26,156 nucleotides of DNA from Patescibacteria group bacterium (GTDB taxonomy: Bacteria > Patescibacteriota > UBA1384 > CAILIB01): NCBI GenBank assembly GCA_018968785.1, contig JAGWZN010000001.1, positions 1 through 26,156 on the forward strand. The letters run 5' to 3'. Within the stretch, counting starts at the first letter, position 1. Every line of letters begins with the position of its first letter. The notes beneath the pieces are model-generated. The model saw only the letters and a list, made by a program, of their open reading frames with translations, did no database searches and was not told where the DNA came from. Below, piece by piece: positions 8,148 through 16,753 of the stretch. Position numbers and translations under genes: made by a program.

Positions 8148-8977
8148 GCCGGTTCCCCTACTTTTTGTAGCCAGAGATCTTCCAACGCCTTTTCCGCTTC
8201 TTCCGGTTTTGGCGCCACCCCATGCCATTTATAATTACCTTCCATAAAATCCACCCCTTTGCCCGGCACCACGTTAGCCATAATGCAAACCGGGCGTCCG
8301 GAAACCTGTTTCGCTTGATGAAAAGCGCGCAGTACCTCTTTCATATTATTTCCGTCAATTTCAATTACCTCCCAATTAAAGGCCCGGTACTTTTCGGCAA
8401 AGGGATCAAGCGGCATCACCGTTTCCGTGTCACCTTCTATTTGAATCCGATTCCGGTCCACAATCACGGTTAGATTGTCCAACTTTCGGGCGGCCGCGAA
8501 CATTACCGCTTCCCAAATCTGACCCTCATCATGTTCGCCGTCACTGGTTACACAATAAATCCGATGATTTTCCCCATCCAGCCGTGCCGCCAGCGCCATC
8601 CCAACCGCTTGCGAAAGACCTTGGCCAAGCGGACCGGACGTGGTTTCCAGACCCGGCATTGCCAGATTATGCGGATGGCCCTGCAGCCGGGTTCCAAACT
8701 TCCGCAAGGTTAACAGCTCTTTGCGGGGAAAATAACCGGACTCGGCCATAGCGGCGTACCGCACCGGACAGGTGTGGCCGCAGGAGAGAATCAAACGATC
8801 CCGGCCTGGCCATTCCGGTTTTTTCGGATCGTGGCGCATTACTTCAAAGTAAAGAGCCGCGTAGATATCAGCCATTCCAAGTGCCCCTCCCGGATGACCG
8901 GAGCCGGCTTCCTCCAACATCACAATGATATCCTCACGAATAGCCAGCGCCCGGCGTTCCAACTGTTCGATTGTCAC
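8144..8977 (-). CDS. tktN: Transketolase, N-terminal ThDP-binding subunit
   Basis: GSGHPGG, RDRLILSCGH, LQGHP, TSGPLGQGL and the SDGEHDEG...DRN ThDP motif; GTG start. Confidence 0.93.
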   Translation of the reverse strand: MTIEQLERRALAIREDIIVMLEEAGSGHPGGALGMADIYAALYFEVMRHDPKKPEWPGRDRLILSCGHTCPVRYAAMAESGYFPRKELLTLRKFGTRLQGHPHNLAMPGLETTSGPLGQGLSQAVGMALAARLDGENHRIYCVTSDGEHDEGQIWEAVMFAAARKLDNLTVIVDRNRIQIEGDTETVMPLDPFAEKYRAFNWEVIEIDGNNMKEVLRAFHQAKQVSGRPVCIMANVVPGKGVDFMEGNYKWHGVAPKPEEAEKALEDLWLQKVGEPA

Positions 8978-9031
8978 CTTCCCCCCTTATTCTCTCAACT
9001 TATTACCAACAATTAACCGTAATATGAATCG

Positions 9032-10042
9032 CTATATTGATTGGCCAAGCAGAATCGCCTGCTCAACCAGACGGTTGCTGTAACCCCATTCATTATCATA
9101 CCAGGCTACCACTTTCACAAAATTACCGCCGATAACCCGGGTAAGCGAAAGGTCGACAATGGCCGAATGGCTATTTCCCTTAAAATCGCTGGAAACCAAC
9201 TCGTCCTCGCTCACATCTAAAATACCGGCAAACCGCGGTTTCTTACTGGCGGCAATCATGGCGTCGTTGATTTCTTCCACTGTCACATTCTTTTTGAGCA
9301 CGGCCGTGATATCGGAAATTGACACCACAATGGTCGGCACCCGGAAGGAGAGACCGTCAAACTTGCCTTTCAGCATGGTGAGACTCTCCGTGGTGGCAAT
9401 GGCGGCACCGGTAGAAGTCGGCACAATGTTCTGGGCCGCCGCCCGCGCCTCCCGAATATCCTTTGCCGGCCCGTCCTGCAACATCTGGCTTTGCGTATAA
9501 GAGTGGATGGTGGACATCAGCGCTTTTTCAATTCCGAACTCCTCCTCAAGCACCGCCATCACCGGCGTAATACAGTTGGTGGTACAGGAAGCGTTATTAA
9601 TAATTTCGGCATCGCCGTCGGTCGGGTTGACTCCCATAACATGAGTAGGCGCCGGATCGTTTCCTTTGGACGGCGCGGAAATAATAACCCGCTTCGCGCC
9701 GGCTTTGAGGTGAGCGCCGGCGGTCTCCTTATCCAAAAACCGTCCGGTCGATTCAATGACCACATCAGTATCCGCTTTGCCCCAGGGAAGCATAGCCGGA
9801 TCTTTTTCGGTGTAGACATGGATTTTGTGACCGTCAACCGTGATACTGTTCTCGTCATACGTTACCGAATACTTATACTCGCCGTAGGCAGTGTCATGCT
9901 TCAGTAGTTGGGCCAATGTTTTTGTGCTGGTCAGATCGTTCAGCCCGACAATCTCACAGGCGTCCCGATGCTCAAACGCCACCTTCAATGCGTTTCGGCC
10001 GATGCGGCCAAATCCGTTAATGCCAATCCGTACCTTTTTCAT
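9032..10042 (-). CDS. gap: Glyceraldehyde-3-phosphate dehydrogenase, type I
   Basis: IGINGFGRIGR, ASCTTNC catalytic motif, RVPT, WYDNEWGYSNR. Confidence 0.97.
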   Translation of the reverse strand: MKKVRIGINGFGRIGRNALKVAFEHRDACEIVGLNDLTSTKTLAQLLKHDTAYGEYKYSVTYDENSITVDGHKIHVYTEKDPAMLPWGKADTDVVIESTGRFLDKETAGAHLKAGAKRVIISAPSKGNDPAPTHVMGVNPTDGDAEIINNASCTTNCITPVMAVLEEEFGIEKALMSTIHSYTQSQMLQDGPAKDIREARAAAQNIVPTSTGAAIATTESLTMLKGKFDGLSFRVPTIVVSISDITAVLKKNVTVEEINDAMIAASKKPRFAGILDVSEDELVSSDFKGNSHSAIVDLSLTRVIGGNFVKVVAWYDNEWGYSNRLVEQAILLGQSI

Positions 10043-10689
10043 GCTCCTCCTGATACTAATTGAGTAAAGTATTGTATGCTTTGGGTGATATTTTGCGCTA
10101 CAAACAGTTGCGAATTCATGACGAACCGACTGACTCCCGCCTTCTGCAACTGGCGAATATTATCTTCGGAGACGCCGCCATCCACCGCAATGACCGCTTT
10201 TAACTGCTGCGTCTTCACCTTTTCGATAGTAGCGTATACCGACTCCAAGAAGGGTTGACCGCTAAAACCGGGGTGAACGCCCATACACTGCACGACCTGG
10301 ATTGGCAGATCAGCGTATGACTCAACTTCAGTATCGGGATTAATCACTAATCCAACCTCGGAGAAATAGTTGCCCGCGTCATGTATGGCGGCGGCACACT
10401 CTTCCATTGAACCAAACGCTTCCCGGTGAATAAGCACGCGGCTGACACCGGCTACCGTCAGGTCGGAAAAGTACCGCTCCGGCCGGTATGTCATCAGATG
10501 CGCTTCCAAACTTAGCCGAGTGGAGATACTCATAATTTCATGCGGCATCACCGTAATATTCGGCACAAACTGCCCGTCCGCAAAATCAATATGAACCCAT
10601 TTCGAGCTGCTGTTTTCCACAGTTTCCAGATGAGCGACATACTCTTCCAAAGTATGGGTTAAAATGCCGGGATAGATTTCAGTCTTCAT
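10039..10689 (-). CDS. rpe: Ribulose-phosphate 3-epimerase
   Basis: HIDFADGQFVPN, EAHLM, MGVHPGFSGQ, VDGGV. ATG 10689 is preferred over TTG 10704. Confidence 0.9.
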   Translation of the reverse strand: MKTEIYPGILTHTLEEYVAHLETVENSSSKWVHIDFADGQFVPNITVMPHEIMSISTRLSLEAHLMTYRPERYFSDLTVAGVSRVLIHREAFGSMEECAAAIHDAGNYFSEVGLVINPDTEVESYADLPIQVVQCMGVHPGFSGQPFLESVYATIEKVKTQQLKAVIAVDGGVSEDNIRQLQKAGVSRFVMNSQLFVAQNITQSIQYFTQLVSGGA

Positions 10690-11140
10690 ATCGGGTGTGC
10701 TCAATATTGTGTAGCTTTTCTAACCGTCGAACATGGCGCTCTGCCCCGGAAAACGGTGTGGAGAGGAATATCCGGGCAATTTCCAGCGCCTCCTCATTAC
10801 CGATAAAATCCGAGGGAAGCACTAAAATATTGGCGTCATTATCCCCTCTCGTCTCTTTAGCAACTGTCGGCTGCCATACAAGCGCCGCCCGAATACCCGG
10901 TATTTTGTTTGCCGCCATCTCCATGCCTTCACCGGAACGGCAGAGCAAAATACCGACCGTTTCTTTATCGGTATCTGCCGCCACCTGCTGACCAACCGCC
11001 ACCGCGAAATCCGGATAATCGGTCGACTCGGTTGAATAACTGCCGCAGTCGGTCACCGATTGGCCGTCACCGGTCAGATGTTCAATAAGGTACTTCTTCT
11101 GTTCAAAACCGCCATGATCCGATCCGACGTAGATTTTCAT
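10679..11140 (-). CDS. rpiB: Ribose-5-phosphate isomerase B
   Basis: MKIYVGSDHGG, DYPD, GILLCRSGEG, ANKIPGIRAA, NDANIL, FSGAERHVRRL. The start is ATG 11140. Confidence 0.93.
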   Translation of the reverse strand: MKIYVGSDHGGFEQKKYLIEHLTGDGQSVTDCGSYSTESTDYPDFAVAVGQQVAADTDKETVGILLCRSGEGMEMAANKIPGIRAALVWQPTVAKETRGDNDANILVLPSDFIGNEEALEIARIFLSTPFSGAERHVRRLEKLHNIEHTRYED

Positions 11141-11146
11141 AACCCT

Positions 11147-11175
11147 ATTATATGAAACAAAAAACACTCTGTCCA
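11147..11175 (-). promoter_or_regulatory. sigma70 promoter for the rpiB operon (TGGACA-17-TATAAT), apparently leaderless
   Basis: Minus strand TGGACA 11175-11170, 17-nt spacer, TATAAT 11152-11147, 6 nt, then ATG 11140. Confidence 0.7.
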
Positions 11176-11190
11176 GCTGCAGAGTGTTTT
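11155..11190 (-). terminator. Intrinsic terminator downstream of the 49-aa acidic ORF
   Basis: aaaacactctg-8 nt-cagagtgtttt perfect 11-bp inverted repeat (11161-11190), running into a T-rich tail on the minus strand. Confidence 0.7.
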
Positions 11191-11225
11191 AAGTAGGCGG
11201 CAAAACCGGGATCATTGGAACGGCT

Positions 11226-11375
11226 CTAGAAGAACAGTTCCTCCAGCTCGCCATCGGTTAGCGTCATTCCCAGCGGATCATCCGTTTTTTCTTCTTCTTT
11301 CTCGACGCCCTCATCGTCATCTCCGTTGTAACTTTGTCCATACATATCAGCCGGGTCGGATTTGATTTTTCCCAT
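11226..11375 (-). CDS. Unannotated acidic microprotein (49 aa)
   Basis: Translated by hand: MGKIKSDPADMYGQSYNGDDDEGVEKEEEKTDDPLGMTLTDGELEELFF* (ATG 11375, TAG 11228-11226). It is below the ORF-track cutoff and is flanked by a promoter and a terminator. Confidence 0.6.
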   Translation of the reverse strand: MGKIKSDPADMYGQSYNGDDDEGVEKEEEKTDDPLGMTLTDGELEELFF

Positions 11376-11406
11376 AATGAGAGCTTAGTTACCTTTCTAG
11401 GAAAGC

Positions 11407-11435
11407 ATTTTATACCGGGGTTTTATCTCTGACAA
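11407..11435 (-). promoter_or_regulatory. sigma70 promoter TTGTCA-17-TAAAAT upstream of the acidic microprotein
   Basis: Minus strand TTGTCA 11435-11430, spacer gagataaaaccccggta (17 nt), TAAAAT 11412-11407, in an AT-rich intergenic region. Confidence 0.65.
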
Positions 11436-11480
11436 GTATTTATATACGTATCATATTTTGCTTATGACTTCCAGAGCCTA

Positions 11481-11717
11481 TTATGAATTATTTTCCTCAG
11501 TCGATTTCGACGGGGAAACGTTTAAAAACTCGCTCCGGTCAATCTCTTTGATGGTATTTTCCGCTTTGTCCAAGTACTCCAGAATCTCCTTCGCCACCTT
11601 CAATGCTTCTTTATGCCGGGAAATCGCCTCTTCCAGATCAATATCCGGCAATTGAAAGTATTTTTCGATCTCTTCCAACCGTTTTATCGCCTCTTGCAAA
11701 GAAAACGATGCCGCCAT
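11481..11717 (-). CDS. xseB: Exodeoxyribonuclease VII small subunit
   Basis: SLQEAIKRLEEI...DLEEAISRHKEA...LDKAENTIK helical pattern, 78 aa, directly downstream of xseA. Confidence 0.88.
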   Translation of the reverse strand: MAASFSLQEAIKRLEEIEKYFQLPDIDLEEAISRHKEALKVAKEILEYLDKAENTIKEIDRSEFLNVSPSKSTEENNS

Positions 11718-11722
11718 ATGTC

Positions 11723-12862
11723 CTATTTACTGATTGAATGGATTGTGCCGTCCGCGATCTGGGTAATAATCAGCTCGCCGCTTCGCACCTGGGACACGCT
11801 ACGTACTATTTTCCCGGTCGCCGTGCGAGTAATGCTATACCCCCGTTTCAGCGTCTGTTCCGGAGCCAGCGCCTCTACCGTCCGTAGAACGGCCCTTACT
11901 TGATCGCGTTGACGGGAAACAAGATCTATTATCCGTTGCCGGCTGGATCGTATGCTAAACTGAACCGCCTGACGCCTCACTTGGACTGTCTGATCGGTTC
12001 GACGCCTTCCCAGCGCGGTCAGGGACTGAACCGCGTCGCGCACTTCTTGAACGGTCGGCAGGAGCAGTTGGGCGGCATTGGAAGGTGTAGCCGCCCGCAG
12101 ATCGGCACAAAAATCAGCAATGGTGCTGTCCCGCTCATGTCCGATTCCGACAATCACCGGCGCCTTGGAGCTGACAATCGCTCTCGCCACCCGCTCACTG
12201 TTAAACGCGTGCAAATCCTCCATGCTACCGCCGCCCCGGATTAAAACCACGGCATCCAAGGTGAACCGGGAGTTGAGATATTGAAACGCTTCACAAATTT
12301 CGCTCTCCGCGTCGCGTCCCTGTACCGCCACATTGGTAAAGATAAAAGTAGCCCCGGGCAGTCTATTGCGGATAATCTTCATAAAATCACCGTACCCGGC
12401 CGCTTCGGCTGAAGAAATCACCCCCACCATCGTCGGATACAGTGGAATACTCCGCTTCCGTTCCGGCGCGAACAGCCCTTCCGCCCGCAGCTTGGCCAAC
12501 AATAGATCAAACGCCCGTTTCAAGCTTCCCTGGCCTTTCGGCTCAACGCGAGAAACCGTCAAACTGAACTTGCCGCTTTTGGCATGGATCCGAGGCCTAC
12601 CTTCTATTACCACCCGCATACCGTCTTCCAGGGGAACCGTCAGTCCCTTCGCCATAATAAAGCAGCTAATCCTGACGTCTTCCTGTTCATCCTTCAGATC
12701 GAAAAAGACAAAGGCGCCACGACTGACCGTAAAATTAGCCACCTCTCCCTCAACGGAAAGGTAAACCGGATCAAGCAGCGTATTGCAAAGCCGAATCGCT
12801 TCCGCGACCCGAATCGTCGGTAGCGCGCTATCAATTTTATTGGGTAGGACTGGGAGTAGCAC
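11723..12862 (-). CDS. xseA: Exodeoxyribonuclease VII large subunit
   Basis: VEGEVANF, VFFDLKDE, AEGLFAPERKR, VGVISS...AGYGD, RGGGSMEDLHAFN, VGIGHERD, TPSNAA, LKRGYSI. The start is uncertain (GTG 12862 assumed); the ORF-track N-terminal extension overlaps the DsbA-like gene. Confidence 0.92.
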   Translation of the reverse strand: MLLPVLPNKIDSALPTIRVAEAIRLCNTLLDPVYLSVEGEVANFTVSRGAFVFFDLKDEQEDVRISCFIMAKGLTVPLEDGMRVVIEGRPRIHAKSGKFSLTVSRVEPKGQGSLKRAFDLLLAKLRAEGLFAPERKRSIPLYPTMVGVISSAEAAGYGDFMKIIRNRLPGATFIFTNVAVQGRDAESEICEAFQYLNSRFTLDAVVLIRGGGSMEDLHAFNSERVARAIVSSKAPVIVGIGHERDSTIADFCADLRAATPSNAAQLLLPTVQEVRDAVQSLTALGRRRTDQTVQVRRQAVQFSIRSSRQRIIDLVSRQRDQVRAVLRTVEALAPEQTLKRGYSITRTATGKIVRSVSQVRSGELIITQIADGTIHSISK

Positions 12863-13526
12863 GCTGCGCGGCTTGACGGATGAGCGCGGTAAGAGCGTCG
12901 CTGGTAGCGGGCAGATTAGAAAGCACCGTCCCATCAATAACGATGGTGGGAGTACCGGTGAGAGGCACCTGATTACCCTTTGCCACGTCTTTACTGATCT
13001 CGTCTTCAATACTCGGATCGTTCATGTCGGCATTAAACTGATCCGCGTTCAGACCCAGGCTGCCCGCGTAATCAGAGAGCCGGGAACCAAAACTGAACGT
13101 TGTATCGTCAGCCCATTCCGGCTGTTTTGTGTACAAAAGGTTATACATTTCCCAAAATTTGCCCTGCCGGCCGGCCGCCTCTGCCGCTTTCGCGGCTTGC
13201 ATCGCTTTGTTATGTTGCTGAAGAGGATATTGGCGGAACACAAACTGGGCGATATCCTTCGTATCGGCATAACTCCGTTCCACAATGGGGAAGTAGTTGT
13301 AGCATGCCGGACACTGGAAATCGCCGTACTCCACAACCGTTACTTGTGGGTGAGTAGTGCCACGGGTCCAGCCGCCGGCCTTTACACGGTCAGTGTAGCT
13401 GGCGCTAATCGGTACCTGGCGCGGTCCGGTCGGCTGCGGCCGCACCGCGAAGTAAATACCGCCACCAATTAACGCCGCGCACAGCACCGCCGCCACAATA
13501 ATAATAACCTTGGTATTCATAGACAT
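12837..13526 (-). CDS. DsbA/DsbG-like thioredoxin-fold oxidoreductase with N-terminal membrane anchor
   Basis: VVEYGDFQCPAC (CxxC), FRQYPL, AAEAAGRQGKFWEM and the cis-Pro loop GTPT. Confidence 0.88.
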   Translation of the reverse strand: MSMNTKVIIIVAAVLCAALIGGGIYFAVRPQPTGPRQVPISASYTDRVKAGGWTRGTTHPQVTVVEYGDFQCPACYNYFPIVERSYADTKDIAQFVFRQYPLQQHNKAMQAAKAAEAAGRQGKFWEMYNLLYTKQPEWADDTTFSFGSRLSDYAGSLGLNADQFNADMNDPSIEDEISKDVAKGNQVPLTGTPTIVIDGTVLSNLPATSDALTALIRQAAQRATPSPTQ

Positions 13527-13858
13527 CCTAAGAGTATCATACTTCCGCCAACCGTCAATCCAGCCAAGCTAAGTTGAAAAACTGTTCCCCAAAGGGTTAA
13601 TTCCACAATCAGCCACCCAAGCAAAGAAACACCGGCAATCACTGTATAGACTCTCCGTCGTTTCCGGAGTGACAGCCAACCAAATAGAACCGCTGAAAGA
13701 AAAAGCAAATCTCCCCCTAAACTCCCAAAGAGCGTCACCAGCAACGGATAACGGGCCAATTCCGGTGTCAACACACTGCTGACTTGGGCGATCAATCCAA
13801 GCGCGATCACCCCGGCACCACCCACGATAAAGGCCGATCGATACAGCCGCGTCATCAC
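13517..13858 (-). CDS. Hypothetical integral membrane protein (113 aa, about 4 TM)
   Basis: Almost entirely hydrophobic; overlaps both neighbours in an operon-like way (ATGA overlap at 13855-13858). Confidence 0.65.
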   Translation of the reverse strand: MMTRLYRSAFIVGGAGVIALGLIAQVSSVLTPELARYPLLVTLFGSLGGDLLFLSAVLFGWLSLRKRRRVYTVIAGVSLLGWLIVELTLWGTVFQLSLAGLTVGGSMILLGCL

Positions 13859-14358
13859 TGCTCCCTGGAAACGGTTGCCCGCTTGGACCGCTCCCGATCG
13901 ATATTATGCAGCAGGATATTTAAAAATTCTTGCCGATCACTGGGGCTGACGCTTATAACCCGCCAATCGCCTTTAGCTAAAGAGATAGCCAGACAGTTAC
14001 TGGAAAGCGCGAACCGCTTCCGGCGACCAAAGGAGAATAGATGGAGCAGGCCGCCCGGCTGAATGCTTTTCATCTCCCGATACGGGAAATAGAAGTACCG
14101 CAGCTGGCTATAAACCGCCAGACCATTCTCTTGCAGTTGGTACTTGGTAAAGAACATCGCGTCAATGACATACAGAGCCAGACCGATCAGCGCCACAATG
14201 AACAGAAGAGTATGCCACCAGATACTACCACGCCAAATGACGGTCGGTATGGCGATGATAAGAAACAGGAGGAAAAGAAGGCAAAATACCATCAACCACC
14301 AGTCCATCACCGGGTAAAAGTACCCGCGAACCGTTTTCTCACTTTTCATCCGCGCCAT
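13855..14358 (-). CDS. Membrane protein with two N-terminal TM helices and a probable bacterial PH-like C-terminal domain
   Basis: Two TM segments, then TKYQLQENGL...FPYREMKSI...ALSSNCLAI...VISVSPSDRQEFL, resembling bacterial PH domains; strong SD AAGGAGG. Confidence 0.65.
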   Translation of the reverse strand: MARMKSEKTVRGYFYPVMDWWLMVFCLLFLLFLIIAIPTVIWRGSIWWHTLLFIVALIGLALYVIDAMFFTKYQLQENGLAVYSQLRYFYFPYREMKSIQPGGLLHLFSFGRRKRFALSSNCLAISLAKGDWRVISVSPSDRQEFLNILLHNIDRERSKRATVSREQ

Positions 14359-14366
14359 AACCCTCC

Positions 14367-15275
14367 TTACTTCTTCTCTTCTACTTTATGTCCCCCAAAC
14401 TTATTACGCAGGATTGCCACCACCCGGTTGGAGAAGTTGTTCTCCTGCTTTGAGGCGCTTCGCACGAATATCGAGGCGGCGATAACCGGAACCGGTACAC
14501 CTAAATCAATTGCTTCCTGCACGGTCCATCGTCCCTCGCCATTATCATCAATCCTCGGACCGATGCTCTCCAGCTTCGCGTCTTCAGCCATTGCTTCAGC
14601 CAGCAATTCTCCCAAATAGGAGGTAATAATGCTCCCACGCTGCCAGACGGCAGTTACGTCGGCCAGATTCAGCTCCGCGCCGAAGTGACTGGCGTTTAAC
14701 ACATGCAGCCCTTCGCCATACGCCTGCATCATGCCGTACTCAATACCGTTGTGCACCATTTTCACATAGTGACCGGCACCGATTGGTCCGACCCGTTTAT
14801 ATCCGTCTGCCATTGCCACGGCTTCCCATAATGGAGTGTATCGGTCAACCACTTCTTTTTTGCCGCCAATCATCAGACAGTACCCCCGCTCCTGGCCAGC
14901 TAAGCCGCCACTGGTGCCAACATCAATAAATTCAATTCCTCTACTCGCCAGTTCGGACGCCCGGACTAAAGTTTCGGTGTAACGGCTGTTTCCGCCGTCA
15001 ATAATACAGTCGCCGGCCTCTAACAGTTCCGCCAGTTCAGCGATATGCTCATCGGTGACCTCACCTGCCGGCAGATACAACCAAACCGTCCGTGGCTTCT
15101 CTAATTTCTGCACCAGCTCCGATAAGGAAAACGCGCCAACCGCCCCGGTTTCCGCCACTAATCGTTCCGTTTTATCGCCAGAACGGTTGTAAGCTACCAC
15201 CTGATGCCCGGAATGGAGCAGCCGGGTCGCCACTCCATTACCCATTCTTCCCAATCCGATAATTCCCACTTGCAT
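14367..15275 (-). CDS. gnd: 6-phosphogluconate dehydrogenase (decarboxylating), short form
   Basis: IGLGRMG, IDGGNS, DVGTSGG, GAGHYVKMVHNGIEYGMMQAYGEG, DNGEGRWTV, FGGH. Confidence 0.93.
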   Translation of the reverse strand: MQVGIIGLGRMGNGVATRLLHSGHQVVAYNRSGDKTERLVAETGAVGAFSLSELVQKLEKPRTVWLYLPAGEVTDEHIAELAELLEAGDCIIDGGNSRYTETLVRASELASRGIEFIDVGTSGGLAGQERGYCLMIGGKKEVVDRYTPLWEAVAMADGYKRVGPIGAGHYVKMVHNGIEYGMMQAYGEGLHVLNASHFGAELNLADVTAVWQRGSIITSYLGELLAEAMAEDAKLESIGPRIDDNGEGRWTVQEAIDLGVPVPVIAASIFVRSASKQENNFSNRVVAILRNKFGGHKVEEKK

Positions 15276-15283
15276 ACAGCTCC

Positions 15284-16747
15284 TTACGTATTACTATTCC
15301 GTTCCAATACAATTCCGTTACATACCGTGCTTTCATGAGCGAACCACTCCCGGCCTTCCCGCTCTAAAATCTGGTCGGCCGCTGCCGGCCCCCAACTGCC
15401 GATATGATACCGGCGCACCGAGCCATCGGCCTTTGCTTCCAAGACCCGATCAACAATCTTCCAACTGGCTTCGATATTATCTTCCCGCAAACAGAGGCTC
15501 TGGTCGCCCATTAAGACGTCCCGAAACAGGCGCTCATAGGCGTCCGGCAGCTCGGTTCGAAAAGACATGCTGTAGCAAAACTCCATCTGCACTGGTTCAA
15601 CCTGCATATTCTGGCGCGGCGTTTTCACACCAAGACGCAGCGCGATTCCTTCATCCGGCTGGATACGGAACGTTAGCACATTGGCTTGTTTACGAGGCGT
15701 GGTATAAGAGAAAAGGTCTTGTTGTGGTTTCTTGAATTGCAATGAGATCTCGGAAATCCGTTTCGCCAGGCCCTTTCCGGTCCTCAGATAAATCGGTACG
15801 CCCCGCCATCGATCATCATCAATATAACAGGTGGTCATGCCATAGGTTTCCGTTTGACTTCCTTCGGCCACCTTCGCTTCCTCCAGATAACCTTCGTACT
15901 GCCCAAACACCGTCTGCTCGGGATCGAACCGCGCTTTTTCCAGGACAGCAGTTTTCTGATCGGAAAGACCGGCAAACGTAAAATCATCCGGCTTTTCCAT
16001 TGTCAGAAGCGCCAATAGCTGCAAGATATGGCTTTGCATCAGATCGCGAAAAGCGCCGGCCTGATCGTAATACGCTCCCCGGCTTTTAATCCCCTCTTCC
16101 TCCGCGACCGTGATTTGAATATGGTCGACATTTTCCCGGTTCCACAGCGGTTCAAATATCCCATTGGCAAAACGAAACGCCAGGATATTCTGTACCGTCT
16201 CCTTACCCAGATAGTGATCAATCCGGTAAATCTGATCCTCCGTAAAAAGCGCCTTAATATGGGCGTCCAGTTCCCGAGCGGATGTTAAGTCTGTGCCAAA
16301 CGGTTTCTCCACGATTATTCTCCGCCACCGTCCCGCCGCTTGCTGGTGCAAGCCGCTGGCATGGATATGCGAAAGTATAGTCTGATATGACGTCGGAGGA
16401 ACCGACAGGTAAAACAACCGGTTGCATCCGCCTCGTTTTTCCTCTTCCCCCACGAGAAATTTGCAGAGCGGCTCGTAACTGTCGCGCTGGTTGAAATCCA
16501 TTTGATAGTACAAAACATGAGGTTGGAATTTCTCCCACTCCTCTGGTGTAATAACCCGCTTTTTCTCCAGGTTTTCTTTTACCATCTCGAGAAACTGCTC
16601 GCGACTGTACGGTCGCCGGCCGATTGCCAACAAGGTCAACCGCTCCGACACCTCCTCTCGGACAATGAGCTGAAAAAGAGTAGGAAACAGCTTCTGCTGA
16701 GCCAAATCTCCGGTTGCCCCAAAAATAATGGCGGTCGTGGTTTGCAT
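15284..16747 (-). CDS. zwf: Glucose-6-phosphate 1-dehydrogenase
   Basis: GATGDLA, EKPFG, RIDHYLGKE signature, WRGVPIYLRTGK, DAYERL. Confidence 0.96.
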   Translation of the reverse strand: MQTTTAIIFGATGDLAQQKLFPTLFQLIVREEVSERLTLLAIGRRPYSREQFLEMVKENLEKKRVITPEEWEKFQPHVLYYQMDFNQRDSYEPLCKFLVGEEEKRGGCNRLFYLSVPPTSYQTILSHIHASGLHQQAAGRWRRIIVEKPFGTDLTSARELDAHIKALFTEDQIYRIDHYLGKETVQNILAFRFANGIFEPLWNRENVDHIQITVAEEEGIKSRGAYYDQAGAFRDLMQSHILQLLALLTMEKPDDFTFAGLSDQKTAVLEKARFDPEQTVFGQYEGYLEEAKVAEGSQTETYGMTTCYIDDDRWRGVPIYLRTGKGLAKRISEISLQFKKPQQDLFSYTTPRKQANVLTFRIQPDEGIALRLGVKTPRQNMQVEPVQMEFCYSMSFRTELPDAYERLFRDVLMGDQSLCLREDNIEASWKIVDRVLEAKADGSVRRYHIGSWGPAAADQILEREGREWFAHESTVCNGIVLERNSNT

Positions 16748-16753
16748 ACCGGA

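Noticed and set aside
8513-8548. Transketolase ThDP motif reads SDG rather than GDG
   Set aside because: The Asp, the downstream Glu and Asn, and the His residues are retained, so this is a tolerated variant and not evidence of inactivation. Coordinates are approximate.
12863-13009. Apparent N-terminal extension of XseA
   Set aside because: It overlaps the DsbA-like CDS in another frame; XseA similarity begins only near the DsbA stop.
12783-13472. 229-aa + strand ORF
   Set aside because: Antisense shadow of the DsbA-like gene, with no recognisable motifs.
13517-13858. Possible DsbB/VKOR partner next to the DsbA-like gene
   Set aside because: It has only one Cys, near the C-terminus, and no CxxC pair, so it cannot be a canonical DsbB/VKOR.
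14041-14619. 192-aa + strand ORF
   Set aside because: Antisense to gnd and the PH-like gene; no start context or motif.
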